From: an uncultured Phycisphaerales bacterium | Lineage (GTDB): Bacteria > Planctomycetota > Phycisphaerae > Phycisphaerales > JAGLTS01 | Length of the DNA stretch: 37,143 nt | Direction of reading: 5' to 3' | NCBI GenBank assembly: GCA_964655955.1 | Contig: CAZZPX010000001.1 | Span: 1-37,143, forward strand | Part shown: piece by piece, positions 6,591 through 15,347 of the stretch | How positions within the stretch are numbered: the stretch's first letter is position 1 | How the letters are laid out: each line of letters starts with the position of its first letter | Made by a program: the position numbers and the translations under genes | Notes under the pieces: model-generated | What the model saw: the letters and a program-made list of their open reading frames with translations, nothing else | The model's database searches: none | Told to the model about the DNA's origin: nothing

Positions 6591-7144
6591 CTCAGCACGT
6601 TATCGTCGTCATCCACCTGCTCAGCGCGACGTATAGCCACGCTTTCGGCCCCGAACAGACGCGGGCATACGTGGCGACGCTGGCCGATATCGATGGCGAA
6701 CTTCTAAAGGCGGCCGCGCTGCGGTTCATCGAGAACAACACGTACCCGCGCATCCCGACGCCGGGCGAGTTGCGACAGCACGCGGCCGAGATTGTGACCT
6801 CAGCCCAGGGGCTTCCGGCCGGGGCTGAGGCGTGGGGCGAGGTGATGCACCAACTGCGCTACGTTGGCAGTTGGGGCGCGCCGGCATGGGACAATCCGCT
6901 GATTGCCGCGGCTGTCAAAGACGTGGGCGGGTGGATGAACTTGTGCATGTCGGACAACCCGACGGCCGACCGCGCCCGCTTCATCGCCGCCTATGACGAA
7001 CGGCTAAAGCGGCGCACGCAGGACATGATGCAGCTTCCGGCGTCGGAGAAGTTCCGGGAACGCCTGAGCGAACGGCTCCAGTCCGAGCCGATGCGTCGCA
7101 TATCGGACGTAACGCAGAGGTTGCGTCTACAGGGGGCCAATTAA
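6578..7144 (+). CDS. replication accessory protein, possible helicase-loader-like protein
   Basis: Position immediately after the initiator. GTG at 6578 lies 10 nt after AGGAG (the track start at 6569 has no spacer). Helical protein with a basic C-terminus. The function is assigned by synteny only. Confidence 0.6.
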   Translation: MDNLTQHVIVVIHLLSATYSHAFGPEQTRAYVATLADIDGELLKAAALRFIENNTYPRIPTPGELRQHAAEIVTSAQGLPAGAEAWGEVMHQLRYVGSWGAPAWDNPLIAAAVKDVGGWMNLCMSDNPTADRARFIAAYDERLKRRTQDMMQLPASEKFRERLSERLQSEPMRRISDVTQRLRLQGAN

Positions 7145-7145
7145 C

Positions 7146-7508
7146 ATGTTTCAGACCGCAACGCAGCCGGTAGGTATGAGCACGCCGCCACGCCCGAAGT
7201 GGCAATTGGCCGGCCGGTCAGTCAGCCAGGCGATGTTCTATGACGCCCAACAAGCCAAGCGCGACGGGCGGCGGGTATTGTTCACGACGGCCGATGGAGG
7301 GACCCACGCGGATGATTGCCCGAACTGCCTGGGATTTGGCCAGCTTTGCCTGGAAGTCATCATGTGCGGCCCGTTTAGGGAAATGCCGGCGGGTACAGCC
7401 GATGACGTGGCCGTGGCCCTGCGTCCGGCGTGTCATAACAATGCCTGGTGGCAAGTCACTCGCACGCTCTACCCGTGCCCTGTCTGTCAGAAAGAGGTGA
7501 TATTGTGA
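7146..7508 (+). CDS. Cys-rich (CPNC ... CPVC) putative zinc-binding protein
   Basis: Two CxxC pairs. Tightly packed with its neighbours. Confidence 0.7.
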   Translation: MFQTATQPVGMSTPPRPKWQLAGRSVSQAMFYDAQQAKRDGRRVLFTTADGGTHADDCPNCLGFGQLCLEVIMCGPFREMPAGTADDVAVALRPACHNNAWWQVTRTLYPCPVCQKEVIL

Positions 7509-7624
7509 TTGGCACGCTCATCTTCATCATCATCGCGCTCGCCTTCCTGCTGGCCTATGGTCTGTGCAAGGCCGCGGCCGACGTGCCCGTAGTGCGCGAG
7601 GATACGGGGAAGTACGATGACTGA
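7505..7624 (+). CDS. 39-aa membrane peptide
   Basis: GTG at 7505 overlaps the upstream stop (GTGA). (M)IGTLIFIIIALAFLLAYGLCKAAADVPVVREDTGKYDD. Below the ORF-track cut-off. Confidence 0.5.
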   Translation: MIGTLIFIIIALAFLLAYGLCKAAADVPVVREDTGKYDD

Positions 7625-7787
7625 CCTCATCATGTTCGCCATCGGCGCGGCCGTCGGCTTCCGCGCCGGGGTGCACATCTCGGCCATCGGCATCTGGCAC
7701 GGCGCGCGCCAACGGCTGACGGAGGCCGAGTGGCGCGAGTTCGACCGGCTCATGGATAAGGCGCTGGACAAGGACGCGCCGCAGTGA
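7617..7787 (+). CDS. 56-aa membrane protein
   Basis: ATG at 7617 overlaps the previous stop (ATGACTGA). MTDLIMFAIGAAVGFRAGVHISAIGIWHGARQRLTEAEWREFDRLMDKALDKDAPQ. The long minus-strand ORFs here (7487..7864, 7530..7901) are shadow ORFs. Confidence 0.55.
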   Translation: MTDLIMFAIGAAVGFRAGVHISAIGIWHGARQRLTEAEWREFDRLMDKALDKDAPQ

Positions 7788-7820
7788 CCCATTCTGATAA
7801 CTACGAAAGGAGAAAATATC

Positions 7821-8327
7821 ATGTCCGACGAAACAACCAACAGCCCTATGGAATTGATACCCAACGCGCCACAGGGCCGATGTGTAATCTGTGATGACCA
7901 TTTGGGATTATCGGCGTCCGAATCCCGACGCGCCGTCTACGCCGGCAGCAACCCGGATGGCACGGGACGTTTGGCCCATCGAAATTGCTGGCAAAACATG
8001 AGGAATCAAATCTGGCTGTCGTACGGGGTCAGCCTTGACGATTTGAGTGACCGGGAATTTTCATATCGACAGGCCGAAAGACCGAAGCTTGGAGACCGCC
8101 CCCGTCTTGGATCATTTCCAAGAGGCCTCCAGCACACGTTGATTGAGGAACGGCACGAGGCTATCGAGAGAGCAGAGAATTCCGAGGCTATTACGGCCCA
8201 ACTTCGACAGGAACGAGACCGTACCTATGCCTATCTCAATACGATCCAAGAGAAACTTGAGGGCTGGAAAGACCGCGCTGACAAGCTAGATGAGATGATA
8301 AAGATTCAACTCACAGACGGCAACTGA
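7821..8327 (+). CDS. hypothetical protein with N-terminal CxxC...HxxC element and C-terminal coiled coil; low-GC insert
   Basis: RBS aaAGGAGaaaatatcATG. CVICDD...AHRNCW. The C-terminal half is rich in E/R/K heptads. GC is visibly lower than in flanking genes. Confidence 0.8.
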   Translation: MSDETTNSPMELIPNAPQGRCVICDDHLGLSASESRRAVYAGSNPDGTGRLAHRNCWQNMRNQIWLSYGVSLDDLSDREFSYRQAERPKLGDRPRLGSFPRGLQHTLIEERHEAIERAENSEAITAQLRQERDRTYAYLNTIQEKLEGWKDRADKLDEMIKIQLTDGN

Positions 8328-8342
8328 AATTTTGATGGGTAC

Positions 8343-8510
8343 ATGCACGGCATGGCAAACGGGCTGTTACTCGCTCATGCCACGATGAACGGCACGCACT
8401 TTGAGGGGCTGGAGGCTCCCGCGCAATGGAAAAGCGACGTCAACAGCGCCCTTGACGCTGTTATTGAGGCCCTTGTCGAACAGAAAAGGAAAAGGAATCT
8501 GGAGCTTTAG
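8343..8510 (+). CDS. 55-aa hypothetical protein
   Basis: Fills the gap. The stop at 8508-8510 directly abuts the next ATG. No RBS is seen, so support is weak. Confidence 0.4.
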   Translation: MHGMANGLLLAHATMNGTHFEGLEAPAQWKSDVNSALDAVIEALVEQKRKRNLEL

Positions 8511-8921
8511 ATGACCCGCCTCACCGCTCTCGCCGCGCTCATCATCATCCTGCTGGCCGTCACGCCTGAGACGCGGGCGACGACCGAGCAGCACGGCTAT
8601 GCCAGCGCCTACGCCCCCGGCGTCATGGATGAGGTCATCCGCTACCGCCTGGACAACAACATCTGGCGCACCCCGCCACCGCGCGACTGGTATCAGGCGC
8701 ATGGCGCAATCGCCGCGATGGACTGCTCGACGGTCGGGCAGATGGCCACTGTCATCGACCCGGCCGGGCGCGAGTACCGTGTGCTCATAGCCGACTGCGC
8801 CGGTGACGACGGGCCGCCGGACAGGTTTAAGAGGATGAACGTCATCCTCGAACTGGACTGGGAACTATGGCAAAGCCTGACGGCCGCGCACGGTCGGCCG
8901 CTGGAGGTAACGCTACAGTGA
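8511..8921 (+). CDS. secreted DPBB-fold (RlpA/3D-domain-like) putative lytic transglycosylase-like protein
   Basis: Signal-peptide-like N-terminus MTRLTALAALIIILLAV. GYASAYAPGVM...GAIAAMDC...YRVLIADCAGDDG resembles the RlpA/3D double-psi beta-barrel pattern. Confidence 0.65.
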   Translation: MTRLTALAALIIILLAVTPETRATTEQHGYASAYAPGVMDEVIRYRLDNNIWRTPPPRDWYQAHGAIAAMDCSTVGQMATVIDPAGREYRVLIADCAGDDGPPDRFKRMNVILELDWELWQSLTAAHGRPLEVTLQ

Positions 8922-9376
8922 GCGGGCCGGACCCTGCAGAGTTGACGACGCGCCAATCCGAGTTGCTACGGTTCATCGTGCGCCATAAAGAGGCGCACGA
9001 CGGTAACAGTCCGACACTCCGCAAGATTGTGGACGGCACCCGATATTCTTCCACGTCGGCCGTGGTTTACGCGCTGAACAAGCTCGAGCGTTACGGCCAC
9101 ATCGTCAGAGGCGACGGCTGTGCCGCTCGTGACATTACGGTGCTCAATACGGATTATGTTCGCAAGATTCGTAAGGATATCGGCATTGACTACTGGCGGC
9201 GACAGGCTGAAATGTGGCGCGATCTGTGCCACGAGTTACAGGAACGCAACGGAAAGCCCGACGTGGAAGAAATGCCGTGTGAGCGTTGCCGCGAGTTAGA
9301 GGGCCAGGTTATGGCGCTCGAAACCGAGTTGTACAGTCTGCGGCGCAGGGTCGCTATGCTGAGCAATGTGATATGA
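8918..9376 (+). CDS. LexA-like winged-HTH DNA-binding protein without a peptidase domain, plus C-terminal coiled coil
   Basis: GTG at 8918 (GTGA overlap) lies 10 nt after GGAGG. LTTRQSELLRFIVRHKEAHDGNSPTLRKIVDGTRYSSTSAVVYALNKLERYGHIVR matches the LexA N-terminal DNA-binding domain pattern. No Ser/Lys S24 domain follows. Confidence 0.7.
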   Translation: MSGPDPAELTTRQSELLRFIVRHKEAHDGNSPTLRKIVDGTRYSSTSAVVYALNKLERYGHIVRGDGCAARDITVLNTDYVRKIRKDIGIDYWRRQAEMWRDLCHELQERNGKPDVEEMPCERCRELEGQVMALETELYSLRRRVAMLSNVI

Positions 9377-9427
9377 GGGCAAGTGTCAAGTGGCACGTAG
9401 GTCGATAGCAAGATTCAGGAGGAACAA

Positions 9428-9691
9428 GTGAAAAGGAATAAGAATTCGCAGTACACTCTCAGTCTGGCCATTGTGGGGTTGTTGGCACTAGCGGCCGTCA
9501 TTTGGCATATGTCCATCGTGACGGCCGAAAGCCCCCCCGAATGGCCAACGGCGACGCCCGGTGCCGCCATGACCGCGCCTGCGCCGGTCAGCGGCTACCC
9601 GGCTCCACCACCGGTCGAGCCCTATCCCGCGCCCTATCCCCCACCTGGCTATCCGTCATTCCTGCCGGCCGTGTTGGAGAGCTACCCGTGA
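9428..9691 (+). CDS. membrane-anchored proline-rich protein
   Basis: GTG start lies after cAGGAGGaacaa. One TM segment, then a PAPxP-rich tail. Confidence 0.7.
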   Translation: MKRNKNSQYTLSLAIVGLLALAAVIWHMSIVTAESPPEWPTATPGAAMTAPAPVSGYPAPPPVEPYPAPYPPPGYPSFLPAVLESYP

Positions 9692-9951
9692 ATGAAGTCA
9701 TTGCCGGTCAACTCGCGCTCCTGGTATCCAATATATATCAATACTACCGTAACCACGGTTACCACACATTCCACTATTGGATCGCGCACGAGCCCGGCGA
9801 AGGAGTCCTGGCCGGCGCCCTGGCCGATTTCGTAGAGGAGCACTTCCCGGTGGAGTGGGCCGCCGCTTGGCAACCCTACACCGACGACGCGACCTGCTTG
9901 CCGCGCGACCCGCGTTCCACGGCCGCGAATCAAGAGGAGGCCAACCCATGA
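9688..9951 (+). CDS. hypothetical protein
   Basis: GTG at 9688 (GTGA overlap) lies 9 nt after GGAGA. The upstream part of the track ORF (from 9502) lies in the other frame of the previous gene. Confidence 0.6.
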   Translation: MNEVIAGQLALLVSNIYQYYRNHGYHTFHYWIAHEPGEGVLAGALADFVEEHFPVEWAAAWQPYTDDATCLPRDPRSTAANQEEANP

Positions 9952-10064
9952 TTGACGTGCTACTCAACAACCTGGTGGCTCTGGCCTCTTACGGTCTGTG
10001 CCTCGTCGTGGCATTTTGGCTGGGCTGGAAAAGCTGGCACCGGAGGAAAGACGATGAAGAATAG
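9948..10064 (+). CDS. 38-aa membrane peptide
   Basis: ATG at 9948 (ATGA overlap) lies 7 nt after GAGGAGG. MIDVLLNNLVALASYGLCLVVAFWLGWKSWHRRKDDEE. Confidence 0.55.
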   Translation: MIDVLLNNLVALASYGLCLVVAFWLGWKSWHRRKDDEE

Positions 10065-11283
10065 CAAGATTGAATGGACGGACCACACTTTTAACCCCTG
10101 GGTTGGCTGCACGCGCGTTAGCCCCGGCTGCCAGCACTGCTACGCCGAGACGTTGATGGCAGACCGCTACAAGAAGGTGAAGTGGGGGCCGCAGGGCGAA
10201 CGCATCCGCACATCGGCCGATTATTGGCGGCAGCCGTTGAAGTGGAACCGCGAGGCGGCCGCGGCCGGAGAACGCCGGCGCGTGTTCTGCGCATCACTGG
10301 CCGACGTGTTCGAGTATAAGCGAGACCAGTCCATAGACATGCACTTATGGCGCACCGACCTGTTCTCGCTTATTAGAATGACTCCGCACCTCGACTGGCT
10401 GCTCCTGACCAAACGCCCGGAGCTTATCTTTCCCATCGCTCCGTGGTTTGTTGAAAAAATCGAGAAATACCCCAACGTCTGGATCGGCACGTCCGTCGAA
10501 AATCAGGAGCAGGCCGACAAGCGCATTCCAGAACTACTGAATATCCCCGCGGCCGTTCGGTTCCTCAGCGTGGAGCCGCTGCTGGGGCCAGTAGATATCA
10601 CCCAATGGCTCTCATGTGACACATGCCTCGATCGCCGCGTCCACTGGTGCGGGGCAAACCTGGTTGATTGGGTGATCGTCGGCGGGGAGAGCGGCCGGAG
10701 CGCCCGGCCGATGCACCCGGACTGGGTGCGTAGCATCCGGAATCAATGTCAGGAAGCCGGCGTTCCTTTCTTCTTTAAGCAATGGGGAAACTGGCTGCCA
10801 TACGAGTATGTAGAGGGAACGTCATTTTGGAAAACGCCAGACGGTGGAATACATGATGGGCATCTTCTCGATATCACAGACCCCGAAACCGGTGATGTGG
10901 GCAAGGGATGGTTGGACATCGGTGTAGATATAACCCTGTCCGCCTGTCTCTTTCGCAGCGTAGGGAAAAAACCTGCCGGCCGTGTACTGGATGGCATCGA
11001 GTGGAGCCAGTTCCCCTCAGTGAAGGAGCAACCGGCCATGACACAGGAGGCCACTTCCAACGATGAGGCTTCCGTGATAGAGCCGTGGACACGCGCCGAA
11101 CTCATGGCCGCGTTGCGCGAGGCCGGATGGGTGCGCATGAAGGGGGCGACGGGAACGTATGTATCGCCCGACGACCCTGAGGTGCATTTCACTCTGGACA
11201 ACTACCGGCCGGGCTTCGGTGTATCGTGGCGCTACTTCGCAGGGCGAAACGAATTGCCGGCGACGACGCGGCCGCCGTTTTGA
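10054..11283 (+). CDS. phage Gp37/Gp68 family (DUF5131) protein with C-terminal extension
   Basis: MKNSKIEWTDHTFNPWVGCTRVSPGCQHCYAE is the family-typical N-terminus with a C-x6-C-x2-C cluster. ATG at 10054 follows GGAGGAAAG. Confidence 0.85.
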   Translation: MKNSKIEWTDHTFNPWVGCTRVSPGCQHCYAETLMADRYKKVKWGPQGERIRTSADYWRQPLKWNREAAAAGERRRVFCASLADVFEYKRDQSIDMHLWRTDLFSLIRMTPHLDWLLLTKRPELIFPIAPWFVEKIEKYPNVWIGTSVENQEQADKRIPELLNIPAAVRFLSVEPLLGPVDITQWLSCDTCLDRRVHWCGANLVDWVIVGGESGRSARPMHPDWVRSIRNQCQEAGVPFFFKQWGNWLPYEYVEGTSFWKTPDGGIHDGHLLDITDPETGDVGKGWLDIGVDITLSACLFRSVGKKPAGRVLDGIEWSQFPSVKEQPAMTQEATSNDEASVIEPWTRAELMAALREAGWVRMKGATGTYVSPDDPEVHFTLDNYRPGFGVSWRYFAGRNELPATTRPPF

Positions 11284-11312
11284 GAGATGTGAGTAGTACG
11301 TGAGGTTTCCGT

Positions 11313-11681
11313 ATGAGTTCCGTTTTTGAGTGGACAAAAAAGCGCGAGGAGGCTGCGCTATCTCTTGCGCAAGGCGCAACACAGGCAGAGGCAGCGGAAA
11401 TTGCGGGCGTGTCTGACCGGACAATCCGCAATTGGCTTAACGCGCCGGAGTTCTCCGAGGAGGTTGACCGCCTGACGCTTATGACCGGCATTGCCAACCG
11501 CGCCGAGCGGCTGCGCGTCGTCAAGCGCATTATCAAGCAGCGCGTCAAGGACGGTGAATTTATCCTGTCCGAGAAGGACTTGCTCGATTGGCTGAAATAC
11601 GCGCAGAGCGAGACGGACGGTGTGAAGCTGGACATGGTTGGCTTAATCGATGCGTACCGCAACGAAACCCAAGACCCCTAG
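11313..11681 (+). CDS. terminase small subunit (HTH type)
   Basis: AQGATQAEAAEIAGVSDRTIRNWL is an HTH. Small size, immediately upstream of the large terminase. Confidence 0.75.
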   Translation: MSSVFEWTKKREEAALSLAQGATQAEAAEIAGVSDRTIRNWLNAPEFSEEVDRLTLMTGIANRAERLRVVKRIIKQRVKDGEFILSEKDLLDWLKYAQSETDGVKLDMVGLIDAYRNETQDP

Positions 11682-13239
11682 ACGGCCGCCGCCGTCCGTG
11701 CGGATGGTCCATAGCTGGCCCGATGCGGATAAAGAGGAGCTGCTTCTGGCGACGGCGGCCGCGCGACCGCACGATGCCTCCGCTCCCCTATGGCGACCCA
11801 ACCCCGACCACGACGACGGGCGGCCCAACCCGCAACGGCTGGCCTATGAAAGCGCGGCCGATATCCTCGGCTATGGCGGCGCGGCGGGCGGCGGGAAATC
11901 GGCGCTGCTGCTGGGCCTTGCGGCAACTGCCCACCGGCGTAGCGTCATTTTCCGGCGCGTGTTCCCAAACCTGCGCGGCGTGATTGAGGAGAGCAAGGAG
12001 CTACTAGGCCCTACCGGGTACAACGAAATGCTTCATCGCTGGAGGGTTGCCGGTCGCATTATAGAATTCGAGGCGTGCCAGCACGAAAAGGACAAGGAAA
12101 AGCAGCGCGGACGGCCGCGTGACTTCTATGGCTTTGATGAGGCGACTGAGTTCACCCGGTCGCAGTTTGAATTTATCACCGCCTGGAATCGCACGACGGA
12201 GCCGGGCCAGCGCTGCCGGATTGTGCTCACGTTCAACCCGCCGACCGATGACGCCGGGTCATGGGTGATTGACTACTTCCTGCCGTGGTTTGCTTATCTC
12301 TACCCGACGAAGTTCAGCCACCCTAATCCGGCCGCGCCGGGTGAATTACGCTGGTACGTGACAATCGACGGCCGCGAAGTAGAGCGGCCGGACGGCGCGC
12401 CATTCGAGCATGAGGGCGAGACGCTGCAACCGCGCTCACGCACGTTTATCCCGGCGCGGCTGAGCGACAATCCGCATCTGGCCGAAAGCGGCTATCGTTC
12501 GACCTTGCAGGCGCTTCCTGAGCCATTGCGCTCGCAATTGCTTTATGGCGACTTCGGCGTCGAGGGTCAAGCCGACCCGTGGCAGGTCATTCCGGCGGCG
12601 TGGGTGAAAGCGGCGCAAGCGCGTTGGCTGGAGCGCGAGCGACCCGCCGACATGCCGCTATCGGGCGTGGGCGTTGACGTGGCCAGAGGCGGCCTTGATA
12701 GCATGGTCATCGCCCCGCGCTATGGCTCGTGGTTTGATGAGCCGGTGAAGATACCCGGCGCGGATGTGGCCGATGGCCCGACGGCCGCGGCGCTGGTAGC
12801 GCAGAACGTCAACCGCAAGCAGCACATTGGTTATATCAACGTTGACGTGATTGGAGTGGGCTCGTCGGCCTACGACAGTTTGGCGGCCATGTATCCCGAC
12901 GTGGCGCGGGCGGTCAACGTGGCCGAGGGTAGCAGCTACACGGCCATGTCACAGAGCGACCCGCCGCAACCGCTATTCAGGATGCGCAACAAGCGGGCCG
13001 AGATGTATTGGCGCTTCCGAGAGGCGCTTGACCCCGACGGCGGCGCGGACATCGCCTTGCCGCCGGGCAATGAGCTAGTGGCCGACCTGTGCGCGGCGCG
13101 TTACAAGGTGCTGGCCGGCGGCGTGATTCAGATCGAGGAAAAGGACAAAATCAAAGAGCGGATCGGCCGGTCGCCCGACATGGGCGAGGCCATTATGCTG
13201 GCATGGTATCGGGAGGAGGCCATGCCAGCTTTTCTATGA
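11650..13239 (+). CDS. terminase large subunit
   Basis: Walker A YGGAAGGGKS, followed by ATPase and nuclease-sized domains. The start is ambiguous (11650 or ATG at 11704, neither with a clear RBS). Confidence 0.9.
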   Translation: MRTATKPKTPRRPPPSVRMVHSWPDADKEELLLATAAARPHDASAPLWRPNPDHDDGRPNPQRLAYESAADILGYGGAAGGGKSALLLGLAATAHRRSVIFRRVFPNLRGVIEESKELLGPTGYNEMLHRWRVAGRIIEFEACQHEKDKEKQRGRPRDFYGFDEATEFTRSQFEFITAWNRTTEPGQRCRIVLTFNPPTDDAGSWVIDYFLPWFAYLYPTKFSHPNPAAPGELRWYVTIDGREVERPDGAPFEHEGETLQPRSRTFIPARLSDNPHLAESGYRSTLQALPEPLRSQLLYGDFGVEGQADPWQVIPAAWVKAAQARWLERERPADMPLSGVGVDVARGGLDSMVIAPRYGSWFDEPVKIPGADVADGPTAAALVAQNVNRKQHIGYINVDVIGVGSSAYDSLAAMYPDVARAVNVAEGSSYTAMSQSDPPQPLFRMRNKRAEMYWRFREALDPDGGADIALPPGNELVADLCAARYKVLAGGVIQIEEKDKIKERIGRSPDMGEAIMLAWYREEAMPAFL

Positions 13240-13246
13240 GGTAGCA

Positions 13247-14647
13247 ATGAAAAAAGCAACTGCAGAACTATTCACGGGCACGAAGTCGGTCAGGCTGGAA
13301 GACCTTCCAGAGGAGGCCTGGCGCATCATCGTGGGGGACACGGGCGACGGCCGCGACAGGCTGAGCAAGCTGTTTGGCGCGGTCGGCTGGCTGTATCGCT
13401 GCGTCGATATCCGCGCCGGCGCGGTGGCCAATATGCCCTGGGCTATCCGCAAGGGCGAGACGGTCATCATGACCGATGAGGATGACGCGCCGGAACGCTA
13501 CGAGTGGCTTGCGGATTTACCGGCGATGCTCTACCGGACAGAGGCGGCGCTCGCTCTGGCCGGCCGCGCCTACTGGTTTAACGAGCGCAACTATATGCGC
13601 ACGCTGAATGTGCGCTGGTTGCGGCCGGATAGCGTCAAGCCGGTCATCGACAAGGATAGCGGCTTGACCGGTTTTACCCGCGCCATCGACGGCATGGAAA
13701 AGCCGCTGGAACTGGCCGACATCGTTTACTTCTGGCTTCCTGACCCGTTCGTGGAAATCGGCCCGGCCGAGCACTTTCCCGGCAAGGCGGCGCTCGGCGC
13801 GGCCGGTGTGCTGGCCAACATGGATGCCTTTATCGCCGGCTACTTCGACCGGGGCATGATTAAAGCGACGCTGTTGAAATACCTGACGCCGATGAGCAAG
13901 GATGAAGGCGAGCGCGTGCGCGAGTGGTGGCGGCGCGTGGCCACCGGCATCAGAAACGCATTCACCACCGAGGTTGTGCGCGGTGATTTCGAGGCGCTGA
14001 CTATCGGGGAAGGCTTGCATGACCTGCAGAACACGGCGCTCACCGTCGAACAGCGTGAGGCCATCTGTACGGCGCTGGGCGTGCCGCAGAGCAAGGTTAC
14101 GGCGAACGCGGCCAATTTTGCGACGGCCAATCAGGATGCGCGGGCGTTCATTCAGGACACGATTGCGCCGGAATGCCGCCTGATTGAATCGGCCGTCAAC
14201 CGGCAATTGCTCGGCCCGGCCGGGCTGCGTCTGGAGTTCAAGCCCGACGAATTGCCGGTCATGCAGGAAGATGAGGCGGCGCGGGCGGCGTCGCTGGAGG
14301 CGTTGGTCAGGGCTGGCATGTCGCTGGAAATGGGCATAGCCGTGCTGGGCTATGACCTGCCGGATGATATCGAGCTACGGGAACCGGCCGCGGCCACGCC
14401 TCCGCAGTTGCTACCCTTCACCGGGCGACAGGAACAGACACAACCGGACGGTAACGCGCCGGATGACGGCGAGCGCGTCGAGGAAACGCGCCGCTTCCTG
14501 CGCTGGGCAAAGAAGCGCGAGAATCCCGACCCCGACCAGTTTGAGAGCATGGTGCTCAGCCAGGCCGAGAAGGTTGCATTGTTGGGGGACGCTGATAGCG
14601 ATGATGCCCCCTTTCACGGCGGTCACGACTGGCAAGGCTATCCGTAA
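13247..14647 (+). CDS. portal protein
   Basis: 466 aa, immediately after TerL and before a MuF-like gene. Acidic C-terminal tail. Confidence 0.85.
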   Translation: MKKATAELFTGTKSVRLEDLPEEAWRIIVGDTGDGRDRLSKLFGAVGWLYRCVDIRAGAVANMPWAIRKGETVIMTDEDDAPERYEWLADLPAMLYRTEAALALAGRAYWFNERNYMRTLNVRWLRPDSVKPVIDKDSGLTGFTRAIDGMEKPLELADIVYFWLPDPFVEIGPAEHFPGKAALGAAGVLANMDAFIAGYFDRGMIKATLLKYLTPMSKDEGERVREWWRRVATGIRNAFTTEVVRGDFEALTIGEGLHDLQNTALTVEQREAICTALGVPQSKVTANAANFATANQDARAFIQDTIAPECRLIESAVNRQLLGPAGLRLEFKPDELPVMQEDEAARAASLEALVRAGMSLEMGIAVLGYDLPDDIELREPAAATPPQLLPFTGRQEQTQPDGNAPDDGERVEETRRFLRWAKKRENPDPDQFESMVLSQAEKVALLGDADSDDAPFHGGHDWQGYP

Positions 14648-15347
14648 CCCGGACGGCCGTCAGATGCGGCGCTACGAGCGCGAGTTCGAGGCGGCGGTCA
14701 CGGCGGCGCTCGATCGCCTGCGCCGGGCGATTCAGCGGGATATCTCAGACGACAATGTGCAGGACATGATTGCCCGCCTGAATGACGACGCGGTGACGCG
14801 GCCGTTTCAGGACGCGATTGTGACCGAGTTGGAGCGCGTCGCCCTGGCCGGCTCGGAGTTCGGCCGCCTGCAGGTGGAAGGGGATGTGTTCGGCGTGAAG
14901 GCGCTTGAAATGACGGCGTGGGATTTGGCCAACAACGCGGCTGCGCAGTGGGCGATTGGTTACGGCTATGACCTCGTGCGCGGGCTGCTGGACACGACCC
15001 GCGACCGCCTGCAGATTGAGATTGCCGAGTACATCAACAACTCGCAGACCATTGGCCAGCTTATCGAGCGCATTACGGCCGGCGGCGTGTTCGGCCAGCC
15101 GCGGGCGCACGCGATTGCCGTGACGGAGGTGACACGCGCCTACGCGCAGGGCAATTTGGCGGCGTGGCGTGCGTCGGGCGTCGTCGAGGGCAAGCAGTGG
15201 AACACGAACAACGATGAACTGGTATGCCCGGTGTGTGGCCCGCTGGCCGGGCAAGTGGTCGCGCTTGATGAGCCGTTTCCCGGCAATATTGCCGCGCCGC
15301 CGGCTCATCCGCGTTGCCGGTGCTGGATTGTCCCGAAGGTGACCTGA
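14601..15347 (+). CDS. head morphogenesis protein, SPP1 gp7 / Mu F family
   Basis: C-terminal CPVCGPLAGQVV...PPAHPRCRCW is the family signature. The start is uncertain (ATGATG at 14601 overlapping the portal gene, or ATG at 14664). Confidence 0.85.
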   Translation: MMPPFTAVTTGKAIRNPDGRQMRRYEREFEAAVTAALDRLRRAIQRDISDDNVQDMIARLNDDAVTRPFQDAIVTELERVALAGSEFGRLQVEGDVFGVKALEMTAWDLANNAAAQWAIGYGYDLVRGLLDTTRDRLQIEIAEYINNSQTIGQLIERITAGGVFGQPRAHAIAVTEVTRAYAQGNLAAWRASGVVEGKQWNTNNDELVCPVCGPLAGQVVALDEPFPGNIAAPPAHPRCRCWIVPKVT

